In this document: piece after piece, positions 39,301 to 53,400 of the stretch
Numbering within the stretch: position 1 is the first letter of the stretch
Layout of the letters: the number at the start of each line of letters is the position of its first letter
Source: Balanoglossus misakiensis
Lineage: Eukaryota; Animalia; Hemichordata
Reading direction: 5' to 3'
Assembly (NCBI GenBank): GCA_040954595.2
Contig: CM082583.2
Location: 7,438,849-7,502,848, forward strand
Length of the DNA: 64,000 nt
Translations under genes and position numbers: made by a program
Notes under the pieces: model-generated
Told to the model about the DNA's origin: nothing
What the model saw: the letters and a program-made list of their open reading frames with translations, nothing else
Database searches by the model: none

Positions 39301-42300
39301 CCTACCTTCGTAAGTGTAAAGACTGGCTCCAATATTTGTAGGTACATCACTATCACGTCGAATGGTAATGGTGTAATTACCTGCAGAAATAACTAGAACC
39401 TCGTATTTTTACCTCAGCAAAAAAGAAATTACGAATTATTTTTTAGGAATATAATTCTGATTATATGAATGTGTAGGCTTGGAAAAATAACAAGTGACGT
39501 AGTGACTAATACCTACCCAAGTCAAGCGCAGGTGTCCGGCAGGTGATTGAAGTGCTGTTGATGTATGTAACCATGCTAGTTTCCGTTTGATTGCCACTTT
39601 CATCTTCAAATATACAGGACAGTGTAGATCCCTGGGTGAAACCTGCTCCGACCAAGGTCACCTGAGAAAAATTGAACGACTCGGTTGACTTGTGTTTTTG
39701 CATTTGACAGTTTATATGAAAACAACATAGCACAGCATAACACAGCAACTAAACACAACACAACAAGTATTCTGGGCCAGTGATGATCCAGGAATGAACT
39801 TACTTCAGATTCAGTCTCTGTGGGTACGAAATTTGGAGAAACCCAGCCTACACCAACGCAGTCTGTTCCATTTCCACCACACACACCACAAGTATCATAA
39901 GTCTTGCCACTGAAATGAAAAAACAACAACAAATATTAACATTCAGACGAAATAAATCTTGAAGAAATACCAAAGAAGCAAGTTGGTTGTATGCATCATA
40001 ACAATGTGTTCGGAGGTTGGGATTAGGCGACATATTCTTTATATGCTTATACGTCTTCAACAAGAACAAACTGTTTCCATTTTTAATATATCAGAGGTGT
40101 GTAGATATGTTTACATAGCATGAGTTCTATTTCCATTAAAAGCCACTCAGATTCAGAGGTCTTGTTGGCTTGTTAACGTTTGACCAAGCTTTGTTTGCAT
40201 GGTTAATGGAAGGGTAGTTATAATGTTGTTGCAATTGATAGCACATTTGTTAGACTCTTCCGATCAACAAAGGCACGATGTCATGCTGTTGTCCGTCGAC
40301 CAAATTGATTTTTTCGATTCAATAAATTGTTGAATCAACAGGTAGTGTTACTTCATAATACATCGAATAGCTTCACCAGTTTTAATGGTCATAGCTGCTG
40401 TTGAAAATTGGTACTGACTGCAAGAGTGAACTTCGGTGAACATTTATACACAGAGTAATATTCTGATATTGTAGGTCCGTATAATTCACTGCGCGTGCGC
40501 TGTCGGTGCAGGAAAGGATCTATAGCGTTTAATAGGGAAATACTTTACCTGTTTGGAACACCATCGCATCCTGCACAGGACGTGTTGCTGACAACGCCAT
40601 CGCAACCGCACGCATTCTTTCCCGCGTCGTCGGTAAGAGTTGTGTTGCCTCCGACACACACGCCACAGTCGTTCTCGTAGGCCTTGTCAAAACCTTGAAG
40701 AGAGGGATGCAAATTGGACGTCGAATTAGTCTTATTGACAAGTTGTCAACTCTACAAACCATGAAAAAGAAACGTTTGCATAAAACATATTTGCAACCAA
40801 GCAGGCCCCACAAGGTTTTTTTGTAATCAATCTCTAGAGCCCCGGGCCGATGAAGACAACACGTGGTTGAAAAGTTGGACATTGAATGCAGAGTCGTTTG
40901 CCAGTTTGTCCGCGCCTCGCCACAGACAGTGTCGCAGGACAATGGCAATCATTGACACGTTGTTTAGTTGAACGATAAAAAACAAAATACACTTGTTGAA
41001 CAAGGTAGAAATTCAAATGCCTTCAATTACCACGCGTTTTCAGTGGAATGTTGTAAATAATGCAATTTGCTTGTGGCACACACTCCGTTGTGTCGCACTG
41101 GCGAATTCAAAAGACCTGACCACGTTTTGTTTGTCCTGTCTGTTGTTTTGTCGTTTAAGTACAGTTATGACGCAATGTCGGAATGCTGGAGAAAAAAAAA
41201 CCGCAGACGATTTTTGCAGAGATTAAGATACAGTACAGACACTATACAGGGTATATAGAGAGACATTATAACTTGAACCACATTCTCAGCTTACCAGGTA
41301 GTACGCATGCTCCAGCGCAATCCATATATTTGCTTGCCGTGCTGTTAGACCCATCTGAAGGCTCACAGAATCCGCAATCGTCTTCTATCCACCCACCGTC
41401 ACAAATATCTCGGCAGTCCAGGCGGTTGTTGTTGGCGTTCTCTGCTCGTCCCGTAGCTCCTCCTGCGTATAAAAAAGACAGAAACGTGTAAAATTTACAA
41501 ACACAACAATTCAGCAAAGAAAAAATCTTGACATGGAAGTTATTGGCAAAGGTTTCAGTTTGCTGAGAGCGAAGGTGACTATAATAGAAAACGTCTGAAC
41601 ATGAATAAATGGACTTTGTAGATAACATCGTTGATACATGATCTTGACTCATTTCAGTGTTTGGAAAGAACACTCAACGGAGGTACTCAATAACTTATCA
41701 CTTTGGTGATATGTCAACAGACACCAATTGGATAAAACTAAATACTACTGTTGGTAAATTGAAGTCAGTCTGTTTTTATAAGTAATTCGGTTGTGTGTTC
41801 TATCTAGATGTTCGATGTTTTCTACAAAAGCTTGTGTGATACAGAAAAGTAAACATATCATAGTAGTGTAAGCTGCTGTCAAGGCTGAGCGATACAAATT
41901 ACTTACTTACAAGTATGTATAATGTATGCTTAATGACAGGACTAAATAATCTTGATGAAAGCTTTCAATACGTAAGTCCATACTCACCAACACATTCGCC
42001 GCAATCATCAACAATCGCGGTCCCGTTGCAAGTTCCGTGGCAGTCCCAGGTGATGCGATAATCGCTGGCTGCTTTGCACAGCCCACACTTGTCTTGACCG
42101 AAGGTGTCACTTCGTCCAGTTGTACCACCGACGCATTCGCTGCAGTCGTTGATGTAGGCGGTGCCGTTGCACTGTCCAGCGCAGTCTTCTGTAGCGTCGC
42201 CGTTGCACACGCCGGCGCAGTCTTCACTAGCATCACCATTGCATTCATCAGCACAGTCGATGATTCCAAGACACACTTCTGTCATAAGAAAACACAACCG

Positions 42301-45300
42301 CCTTTAATCAGGAGAGTTTAAATCATTCTGGCTTGAAACGTTGCAAAAATGCCTTCTTTTAACTCTCCGATTTTATTCTTTCTCTATAGTCTGCTGATGT
42401 GTGTTCAACAGGCTATTACTGTTACATGTATTTTGGGCATCATTGATTACTCTGTGGGGATTTTAGAAATTATCATCATATTAGCACAGTATCTTGTTTG
42501 TCGCCTTTTCTCGCACGTGCGTAAGGTCAGACACAACTGTCACGGCAAAGAACATGACGGCAGGCCTGCGGATACATTCTTTGTTATGAAAGCAGGTGGC
42601 CAATAGACAGAATTTGCATATATCGGCATTCGGTTCGGAAGTCTTCAGAATTCTAGATGCTGCAATGACCAAATTAACACGCAACGTCTCGCCGCTTACG
42701 TGACATGACAGATCTCAATTAAACCTTCAAACTTCTATATCTAGACTCCACATTTGTAAATATCCGTGGTCGAAATTTCGGTGATAACCGACGCTGCACA
42801 TATCATGGTGAACAAGAAATTTCGGAAGGGAAATTTCAAATATGTTACCAACAACAACGATGGTTATCTTTGTATATGAATATTCATGTATCCACACATA
42901 CGTCAATTTGAAAGTCGTAGCCTAGAGCCGGGGGGGGGGGGGACTTTTGCTTGATGGGTGAACCAATTTGATCACGTTTCTCATTCGTGGACCTATTGAA
43001 ATACGAGCAGACCTCTATTGTCAATGATAGACAGAAGACCATTTGCGCAAGCTGTACCTCCAGGTCAGATTCACAGAGTCTGATTATTTTTGTCATAATG
43101 GATTTTGTGTCCATTTGTTTTTAAAAACTACTAAGGGTATAAAGCATTCCTCAAATTCAGCAATCCAGAACACTAGTTCTCGCCGCCAGTTTTCGTGATA
43201 TATATATATTGGTAAAACTGGTTCTCCAATTAAAAAAAAAAGATTGTTGAGCTTTTTATTTCAGAAATGCTTAATCTGATAATGACGTTGTTTCATCGGT
43301 CAGCATTTTGGTCGTTTTGAAAAGGAATGTGTGAACTGTGAAGACTTAATGTGGGATTGTTTCTTTACATGTAAAGTTGATGATGTACTCACATAGCCGT
43401 TCAGGGAATAGGCCTTTACAAGACATATGACGCTTACCTACATCCGATGATGACAGCGAACTGTCCTGGGAGCTGTCTGACGCACTATCGGAGCCTGATA
43501 ATGACGATTCTGATTGCTGGGTGGAATCTTCAACCGAGGAGTCCATGGACGTGCTGTCGTCAGGCATCTCGTCCGTTGTCGTGTCGTCTTCAGCAGTTGT
43601 CAGGTCTGAGTTTGTAGGTGCAACAGTTGTCACATCTGAAGCTGCAGCGGCAGCGACCGTCTGCGCAACGGTGGTCTGGTCTGAGACCAAAGCGGCAGAG
43701 GTTGTCTGACCTGTAGGCGCAACAGTGGTCTGGTCTGAGGCTAAAGGCGCTGACGTCGTCTGTCCTGTTAAAGGCGCAGTGGCAGTCTGACCTGTAGGCG
43801 CCACGGTGGTCTGTTCAGAGGCTAAAGGCGCTGACGTCGTCTGACCTGTTACAGGCGCAGTGGAAGTCTGACCTGCAGCCGCAACAGTGGTCTGGTCTGA
43901 GGCTAAAGGCGCTGACGTCGTCTGTCCTGTTACAGGCGCAGTGGTAGTCTGACCTGCAGCCGCAACAGTGGTCTGGTCTGAGGCTAAAGGCGCTGACGTC
44001 GTCTGTCCTGTTACAGGCGCAGTGGTAGTCTGACCTGCAGCCGCAACAGTGGTCTGGTCTGAGGCTAAAGGCGCTGACGTCGTCTGTCCTGTTACAGGCG
44101 CAGTGGTAGTCTGACCTGCAGCTGCAACAGTGGTCTGTTCCGAGGCTAAAGGCGCTGACGTCGTCTGTCCTGTTACAGGCGCAGTGGTAGTCTGACCTGC
44201 AGCCGCAACAGTGGTCTGTTCCGAGGCTAAAGGCGCTGACGTCGTCTGACCTGTTACAGGCGCAGTGGTAGTCTGACCTGCAGCTGCAACAGTGGTCTGT
44301 TCCGAGGCTAAAGGCGCTGACGTCGTCTGTCCTGTTACAGGCGCAGTGGTAGTCTGACCTGCAGCTGCAACAGTTGTCTGTTCCGAGGCTAAAGGCGCTG
44401 ACGTCGTCTGTCCTGTTACAGGCGCAGTGGTAGTCTGACCTGCAGCCGCAACAGTGGTCTGGTCTGAGGCTAAAGGCGCTGACGTCGTCTGTCCTGTTAC
44501 AGGCGCAGTGGTAGTCTGACCTGCAGCTGCAACAGTTGTCTGTTCCGAGGCTAAAGGCGCTGACGTCGTCTGTCCTGTTACAGGCGCAGTGGTAGTCTGA
44601 CCTGCAGCCGCAACAGTGGTCTGGTCTGATCCCATGGGGAGGCTAGCGTCTGAATTTGAGTCTGAATTTGAACTATCGGATGGCATTTGTTGACTGTCGG
44701 AACTATCGGATGGCATTTGTTGACTATCGGAACTATCGGATGGCACTTGTTGACTATCGGAACTATCGGATGGCATCTGTTGACTACCAGAACTATCAGA
44801 TGGCACTTGTTGACTATCGGAACTATCGGATGGCATTTGTTGACTATCGGAACTATCCGATGGCATTTGTTGACTACCAGAACTATCGGATGGCATTTGT
44901 TGACTATCGGAACTATCGGATGGCATCTGTTGACTATCGGAACTATCGGATGGCATTTGTTGACTGTCCGAACTATCGGATGGCATTTGTTGACTGTCCG
45001 AACTATCGGATGGCATCTGTTGACTGTCGGAACTATCGGATGGCATTTGTTGACTGTCGGAACTATCGGATGGCACTTGTTGACTATCGGAACTATCGGA
45101 TGGCATTTGTTGACTACCAGAACTATCGGATGGCATTTGTTGACTATCGGAACTATCGGATGGCATCTGTTGGCTATCGGAACTATCGGATGGCATTTGT
45201 TGACTGTCCGAACTATCGGATGGCATCTGTTGACTGTCGGAACTATCGGATGGCATTTGTTGACTGTCCGAACTATCGGATGGCACTTGTTGACTGTCGG

Positions 45301-45730
45301 AACTATCGGATGACGTTAGCTGTGCGATCAGCTGACTTACGCTGTCAGATGGTAAACTAGAATCGGATTCTGACAGCTGACTGCTACCGCTCATTGAACC
45401 AACATTGCTTGAATGTGAATCCATTGAGTTACTGCTATCCGAATCCATTGAATTCTCTGAAGATAGCTGAAGGCTTCCAGACGACATATCCGAAGCACTG
45501 TCAGATGGTACATTGCTGGATGCTATCGAACCTCCAGCATTACTGCTTTCTGAACCGAGTGAGCTCAGAATGGAACCTACCGACTGACTACTTTCCGAAC
45601 CAAGCGAGCTTATTTGAGAGTCACTGCTCCCCGAGTCGGAAAGGCTGGAATCGGAGCTGGTCGCAGAACAGTTCGCCGCAAAACATGATATATAAATAAA
45701 TAATAAAGCGGTGCTCCGGATGGGTGTCAT
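30303..45730 (-). CDS. Paralog B: PKD/REJ-like, GPS-containing single-pass membrane protein with DSS and Thr-rich mucin-like N-terminus (~2320 aa, 27 exons)
   Basis: ATG at 45730 opens signal peptide MTPIRSTALLFIYISCFAANCSA; exon 1 is 43438-45730 (phase 1). Core exons checked have the same sizes as in A: 41988-42278 (291), 41295-41462 (168), 40549-40693 (145), 39804-39909 (106), 39517-39661 (145), 39306-39380 (75), 38971-39117 (147), 37637-37852 (216), 36571-36747 (177), 36176-36448 (273), 35871-36060 (190), 35553-35704 (152), GPS exon 31542-31766 (225). Stalk exons 31327-31359 and 31026-31085; TM/tail exon 30303-30709. Confidence 0.88.
39205..39283. repeat. Degenerate (CAT/CAC)n intronic microsatellite
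   Basis: catcaccaccatcatcattatcaccatcaccaccaacaccatcatcatcatc in an intron of paralog B. Confidence 0.8.
43670..44630 (-). repeat. Coding tandem repeat, 81-bp unit (27 aa ASEQTTVAAAGQTTTAPVTGQTTSAPL = 3 x 9-aa QTT subunits), about 11-12 copies; mucin-like
   Basis: gctaaaggcgctgacgtc recurs at 43821, 43902 and onward (81-bp period). Peptide is Thr/Ala/Pro-rich. Confidence 0.97.
44670..45312 (-). repeat. Coding tandem repeat, 30-bp unit (MPSDSSDSQQ), about 21 copies
   Basis: + strand aactatcggatggcatttgttgactatcgg repeats at an exact 30-bp period within exon 1 of paralog B. Confidence 0.97.
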
Positions 45731-48562
45731 TTTCGTATTTCTCCTAGCCTCGAAATTTAACCAACGTCCCCAGTATATATTCACAGCGTCCGTGGCAGAG
45801 AGACTCGGTCGGCTCGTGGCGGACGCGACGTCGACGCGTGCTGGAGCAAATGGGATAGTGCGCGCTCGCGACGCGTACGTCTTCTCTTGTTGGCAGGCTT
45901 GGAGACTCGTTGCGTAATCAGCTTCCTAGAGACAGCGAAGGCGGCCAATAGGAACGATTGCTGAGTAAATTTGTGTAAATAAATTTCTAATTTAGGTCTT
46001 AAACGTGACGTCGACATAAAATGGTAAAAGCGCATTAAATTGGATTCAACTATGTCATTAAAGGGCGACCGATATTTGTCTTTATCCCGTTTTTAAAGAC
46101 GTCATGTTAATGTAATCATTCAAAAAATCTTATTTGCTAAAAATGATTTTTTTCTGCGTCAAAATACCTGTGTTCAGTTTTCTAACTAGTCGGTTGTGCT
46201 GAAACGAAAGTCGAAATCAAACGTTGACAGATAATTTGGTACGCAGTTTAAATATTTCACACGATTACATGTCAGATGTCAGGATATGTATTATCAATGT
46301 GACTGTGGCCAAAATTGCTTTGTCTAATCATATTTTCCCAATTGAATGTGCGTTCATTTATAACTATAATTCTAGAAATAATTTCTAATTTCTAGAAATG
46401 TAAATTATCCTAGGAATTTAGCTATATCCATATCAATATCGATGCGCGGAACGACGGCGTGTTCGTGAGATGAGTAATATCCGCACATTTTACCGGTTGG
46501 TAGATCACGTGACTTTTTCTGCTATTACGACCACCAAGTTGCCCCAAGCATGGGAGTGCATTGTTTGTATCTGGTTGCGTGGCATCCATTGTTTTATGTT
46601 GCACAACACAAACCATGTCTTTGTCGCGTTTCTGCTGGCAACAGCCAGGGTCATCACTTATTGAGGACTATTTAGTTGTGCTTCAGTCCTATTTCAGTAT
46701 TTCAGCCCCTTATGCAAGTCCACATGGCTAAAGTGGTTATTAAAGTTGTAATTGCGAGAAAATTACTTTTTTAGCTGATTTAGCACCCCGCTGGGGTTTG
46801 TCAATCAGTTTTGAGTCAGAGACGTAACAGTGGTGTCATTTTCCATCTACGCTCGCTGCTTCAGTTGGACCACAATTTTATCCAAGAACACAATAGAGTC
46901 CACTTTAGCAATGGGTGTGTAGTTTTCTAGTGGTGATTTTACGATTTCCGTCGATTTTGCTTCTGATGATTCTTCTGCTCAAACAGTGGCGGCGAAAAAA
47001 AATCATGACAGACAAGTAAAATGTCTATATTCACGGCAACTTCACAGACAACCAAATAACGCACGTTCATTTACGTATGATAAAACTGAAATCTTTCCGT
47101 TGACTGAATACGAAGATCTCCAAAGCATTTCTTTGGCTGCGACGAAATGTTGTCCAAGTTTAATCCTGACCCCGGAGAAATGTCTTTTCTCTCTCTTCAC
47201 ATTCAATTGCTTACACTGAGTAAGCGTCCCTCAGGTGTAGTTTTAAAATTAGCAAGTAAAAAGATCTGCGATGAACACAGCCGATGAAATGCGAAGAGTT
47301 CCCACACGGTTGCACCTGAATCGCTATACTTCGGTCTACCTTGAAATCATTCACTTCAGTCAATATCATCGTCTCTTAGAGATTCCTTCACTGGCAGTGC
47401 CGTTTTATGCCTTGAATTTCTATGTAGCAAGCAGAATACATTTGGATAGATAACGCCATTTACAATCCAAAGTTATATTGATATTGGTATTAAATGAAAA
47501 AAATGCTAGTTGTCGTGTATGCAGGCTAACTTGGCAAGCAGAATGCAGGGTTTTTGGCATTTAAAAGAAATGCAATGTACTTGTATAAAGGGGATAATGA
47601 TCTTGTCTCACCAGTGGGTTTGTTGCACCAGATGTGGGTCATATCAGCTTAGAGGCCACCGCGTATGCAGCGTCTGTCGATTTGTCTAAGGGAAAATATA
47701 TAAATCAACATATTTACTCTTGCTTGTTCATAGATAATGATGTCAATCGTGTAGACCATTAATTGATTTTGCTACCGAAATTTGCCCTAAATTTCATTAA
47801 ACCCAATATATGACATAGATTAACCTTGTAACTTTAATTCCGTGGCATTCTTTGCCCATTTTGTCACGAGGGAGTTGCATCTGGTAATAGCAGCATCACG
47901 GTCTGTCGACAAGTTTTGGAGTAAACACCTTCAAATCAATTACATGTAGTTTACTCTTTCAAGTACGTACTGTTTCAAAGCGTTACTTTACAACGTTGTG
48001 CCTTCCAGTGCTCCTTAAATCAGAATATATTTGTACGCCGAAGATTCTTCAGAACGTCGAATAGACATGGTGTAATGGTTACCGAATTCGCCAAAGGCAG
48101 TTGTTGATCTGTTTCCAAGGGGATGTGGTTTGTTTTCTGTTGTGTGTCAGCCAGTGAATGGGCAAGGGCGTTTTTGCGTTGTGAGAAATGGAGCCGGCAA
48201 TGAACCCACTGAATCTAAAATTCTTTTCAACGTCCCCTGCTCAATTTTATGCGTTATGATGAATAGAGCCATTGTCAATTTCTCTGTCTGATCATCCGCC
48301 GTTGGAATCTGATGATGATAATGGAAAGTGCAGTCTACGGGAATAGTAAACCAATTGGCGTGTTTTCTTTGGAAATTACGCAATCTGTTCTGCGCAAATG
48401 AGAGTAAAAAGTAGAAGGCAAACCTTTGCAGACCCTGCGTTTGAAATAGTGTGCTACCAATAATGGTGTGTTGACAGTTTTCCTTAATAGCAGCATGATT
48501 GGCCATATTGGCCATAGATACTAGTATAAGTGAGAATAAAATTGATTCTCTTGAATTACGAT

Positions 48563-48607
<45 letters not shown>

Positions 48608-48735
48608 GACGTTGACTTTGATGATGATGACGTGGCTTCTGCTTGTGGTTTTGATGGTGGTGGTGATGCTGATGATGATGGTGATGCATGTGGTGGTGGT
48701 GATGATGATGGTGGTCATGACGACATCGATCATTA
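48563..48735. repeat. Compound trinucleotide microsatellite (GTT)n plus degenerate GAT/GGT
   Basis: Directly visible run in the intergenic region between C and B. Confidence 0.92.
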
Positions 48736-50476
48736 TTCTTGCAGACTGAAGAACTTTCTGTATGAGGGCGCTCGGCGCTCTCGAAAGTTAGAGTCGCTGG
48801 AACGACTATAGTCTACCTCTCTCTTCATGTTGACACTCAGAAGTCTCTTATAAGCTATAAATATACAGCTACTAGTAGTTTTCAAATTGACAACATAATG
48901 ACAATTCTGACAACCATATGTTTTTTCTGCTGCTTTTATTAACACATTCTACAGACTACAGTATATAGTTAGTAAGTAAATACAAATATAAATCTAGAAT
49001 AACATGACGACTGTCAACATACACGTGTTACACCATCCTGAGTGATAAACTCGATCTCCGTTACAACAGTCAACAGTCAATGATTAAGTTTACAGTCGAC
49101 TGGTATTTTCATAGCATTAACTGCTCGTTTAGATTCGCTTGTCGAAATGAACTAGTGTGTGTGTATTTGTGTGTTTGTGAATTTTCTCGGATTGTTTTTT
49201 TTCGTTTCAAATATGTCTATATACTTTTGTAATACTTGTAATAATTAGGCCTAGCTACCAAATTTCTAACACGCACATCAAAACGCAGAAGACCAAACAA
49301 TAATGGACGGTATAAAGATTAACTCAACTGCACATGTCAAGTGACGTAGCGCTCCGGATCTCAGAAGGTCATAGATACATGTAGATCAAATTAGCCCGAA
49401 TCCGTTCGAAACGTGCTTCTGGAAGTTGCAAACTCAGCTCAATTGGGCGGGGACCAACCCACGTTCAGCATACATTTTTATTGGCGGGTTCATAACGAGA
49501 TTTGATCAAAGACATGATTGCGTTTGTAAATTAGTCAGTCATAAATGACAGTGTATCATGTAAGGTTCTCTACAGGTTCCAATATGTAAATGTCCTAATA
49601 CAAACTTGCTTGTCATAGGGGTGATACTTCACCCACGAACAAGATAGTCAAACACTATTCTCTACTTAGAAATAAGTGTAAATGAGACAGCAATTTACCT
49701 AACATGTCCATCTGACTGTCAGCATACGATTACTGTGGGGAAAAACTCGAATATGGACATTGGACGGACACTGGCAGACACGCACACACAGACGTGCTGA
49801 CATAGGACACCTGTGTCCAAGATGCGGCACACGGTGTCCAAAGTGGTTGTTTTTGAATCAAATCGTAAAATAATATACTTATAGTACAATAATATAAATG
49901 AATAAAATACATGACCACGATATATACCCTAGTAATGTGTACAAATTGAAAACTATAGAGTAAATGGGACTAAATCATATCCACACGCGTAACACAAATA
50001 CATATCTTAACGATAAACAGATCACTATGAACGCTGGACAAAAGAAAAAAACGGCTCCAATATTGCACAGGAAGTAAAGTAAGAATTGCACTAGCAAGTA
50101 AGCGTAAGAGAAAAATGGTGGCAAATAAATAATATATCTATGAGGAAAAATACCTTAGAATATATTGATTGATTTCTATTGGAAAACATTCTCGAATTTT
50201 GAGAAAAATTGTTGGAGCGAAATTTACCAGTTGCAGGACTAAAGAAACTCTACAAGGCTATAAACATGGACTTTATCAGACATGAGCATTTCCTCACAGA
50301 CAGTACAGCTCGACTGTCTATATGATTCGTTCTACGCCGCTGTCTGTCAAATCCATGGAGTATGGAATGCACGCTGCCAAGTTTGGAAAGCCTATTCCAA
50401 AAGTATTTTCTATTCTAGCCAAGATCCTAAGAATCAAATGTCCCAGCGTTGTGTCCGTTTTGCTTCTTTTGTTTAT

Positions 50477-53400
50477 CTATGTGTGGTGAGTGGTCATCGT
50501 GCGAGACGCCGAGCTGGCGCGAGACTGGGGCAAGGCGGAATCTTCGGAAGTACCGCCCACGGATACCACTGTTAATCCACTGCTTGGCCTGCTAGCTGAC
50601 CGTGCACTGCCTCCTGGTCTTGAAGATGCAGATCCTAATTCCGAGGAGACGCTGCCGCTTGACCCTTGACCTCCAGAGCTACACGGGCGTTGTTGCGATG
50701 AGCTGCTTCCCTCCCCGCCTCTCTTCGTGAACAGCGAATCCTCGTACTTCGGCTCGGTTTTCATCGGTTGCACGCCTTGGCTTTTGAGGAACTCGGTGAA
50801 TGTGGGGAACGTCTCCCTCAGCATCTCCTTGGTCGGGTTGGTCACAGCCGCCGTCGCCATGTCGGGTTCGCTCGATTGGCCGGCGGCCGCGCCCGGATGT
50901 TCCAGGTCCTGAACCACGGAGTAAGGATCAATAACGGCGGGTCTGTAGGCTGGTGTCACCTCTATCTGGTAGGACGGTTCATCTGCAATGGCGCTGCCAG
51001 GTCTACCCATGCCCGCGTTTTCGGCTGCCATTGGCCGCGGTGTAACAATATCGACGTCGATGTGTGCGTTTTCGATGTCCTTCACCGGTGCTTTTTTGAC
51101 GTGTTTTACAACGATGAAGACGACGATGGCTATGAAGACGGCGATGACGAAAACGCCGACGACAGCGCCGATGATCACTCCAATATTACTGTCGCTTGAT
51201 GCTGTTGAAAAAAGGTGTAAAGGTACATGTACAGTTGATAGTGTCATACACAAGGTGTTTTCATTGCTATTTCTCCTACACACAATATTACCGGAGATTC
51301 TTGTCCACCGTTACTTGATTCTATGTGAAAGTATAAAGTTGAAGGATTTCCCTTACGGCCATATACATGTATAATCCCAAAAATACGTACCCAACATTAC
51401 TACGGCCTCTGCTGTTGTCGGTACTTGGGTCGATGCCTCTGCAGTGGTCGTAGCTTCGAAATGCTGACCAACTGTAAAATGGAAATAAGGCGTTACTTTG
51501 AAGTTGACCATGAACCATAGTGGTATTTTTAGCTGAAAGGAGTGAAGAAAATTACAAGAATGAGTCGCCCTTAAGAGTCCACTGGCTTATGATCACCTGA
51601 GAAAAAAACGGTTGTGTCGACAATAGCGAGGCAGAAATCGCCTCATATGTATTGATTCACCTGAAGTTACCTTATTTAAGAGCAAAACCCAAATACTACC
51701 AGAATCATAAAGAAATCCTTAACCCTCTGAAGTAGTTGAAAATTGCCGAATCCATGCTTTCATCATTCTGCCGAGTACGCCAGAATATGACTTTTGGCTG
51801 CCGTGTTGTCTTTCAATCCGGTTAAACTCAATCTCACGATTGTGGATATCGGCAATTTTCACGTCAACATGGAAAAAGAGCATATATAGGCTCGATGTGT
51901 TTCAGATGTTATGCCCATATACAGAGGTGAGCACCGATTAAGCATATTTCACCGAACAGGACATAGCTATGGAAGGAAACTAATTGTGTCAGATGCGAGC
52001 GACTTTGTGCTTTTAACACCCAGTGATTCTTTCAGTGACTGAACTGTGTGAAATTCAGTAGATCATTTAAACATATATCTACAGAAAAAAAGTGTTTATT
52101 TTTATTAACTAAGTTAACATTAACATAGTGTTACTTTTGAGTTGCACTGATATCAGGATACCTGAACCGGTTGTAATATCTGCAACTGAGACGTTGCCTG
52201 TCACTGTGGTAAAATTAAAATCGGTGCCATTTGTTGTTGCACTGAAAGTTGCTGATGACACTGCAAAAAAGAGGAACAGCATAGAAAATGCAGGAAACTC
52301 TTCATAAACAGTCTGTGTATACAGATGTACGTGAGGCAAAGTATACGTTGGCTGACACGTCTAACCACGTCAGTTGAAGTACCTCCATTCATGGAAGCTG
52401 TCTGAGTTGTGACTAGACAATCGCTTCCACGGACTGGGCTGCAAGTTATACAAATCTCGTGACAAGCACAATAACGTCACGATACAGTGAAAAATGCAAC
52501 GATTTAAACGCTTTAGTACTCAATTAGCTTAAATCGTGTCTTTCCCCAATCAATATTTAGAGTGACAAATTGAAAAGATGTCAACAGCGCCATGTATATG
52601 CAGATTAATCTCACCTGTCGTGGGTGCGTCAGAAGAAAACGCACTGAATTCTGACAAGTGAGTCGCGTGACATTCAACGGTGGTGCTGTCAATCTCCACA
52701 GTGGTGACGCCATTGGTTGACCATGCGCTTGTACCCTCGTCCCAGTACTTACAGGTGTACACTTTAGTGCCGTCCGGACTGTTGATGGTCAAGTTCATTT
52801 TGATGGGGGTGGTCAGACCGGTGATGTTGAGAGTTTCATCTGAAAACATGACAATGTAAATTAGAAGAATGGTTGTACTTGAGAGGCGACGATTATCTGA
52901 TCGCAAACAGTCAGATCTGACAAAATCGACGAAAGAAAAATGTATTTACCTGTTTCGGGATCAGAGAGTTCCATCATTAAACTATCCGAAGCTTTCGAGT
53001 TTTTGTCTTCGTCTGTTGTTGATCTGTAGTCAACGCCGGTGTCGTAGTGTTCGGTTTTGATAGACACACCAGAGCAGGTACCGCTGCCACAAGTCCAAGC
53101 TGCTGTATATCTGTTGTCGAGAATAGAAAAATCACGACACTGAACTGATGCATCTGTTAAACACGCCAGTAAGTGACCTATAAATTTGTAAGAACTTGTT
53201 TCACCAAATGCAAGTACCTTGCCCGTCGACGTCAGTAGAATTATTGTCAGATTTATAGAAAAGGTTACTTACGTGTTTTGCAGCTCGGATCCGAAGTCAA
53301 CTGTAGCGCCACCAGCCGTCGTGAATGTATCGTCGAGAACATTCTTCTCGACGGTTATGGCTACTCCCGTGGATGATATTTGAGTGGGACCCCCACCTAG

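Noticed and set aside
42930-42942. Poly-G run (also 56862-56873) as a G-quadruplex element
   Set aside because: Short intronic homopolymers, not conserved between paralogs.
44656-45360. Plus-strand repeat ORFs (NYRMAFVDYR; TIGWHLLTIG)
   Set aside because: Shadows of the 30-bp repeat in exon 1 of paralog B, with no start or splice context.
45731-45784. Upstream extension of the paralog B ORF (MNIYWGRW...) in the ORF track
   Set aside because: It begins at a non-ATG codon. The ATG at 45730 directly opens a signal peptide.
48147-48811. Poly-His/Gln, poly-Asn, poly-Val and poly-Leu ORFs (also 28706-28930 poly-Ser/Pro)
   Set aside because: Translations of trinucleotide microsatellites in several frames; no coding evidence.
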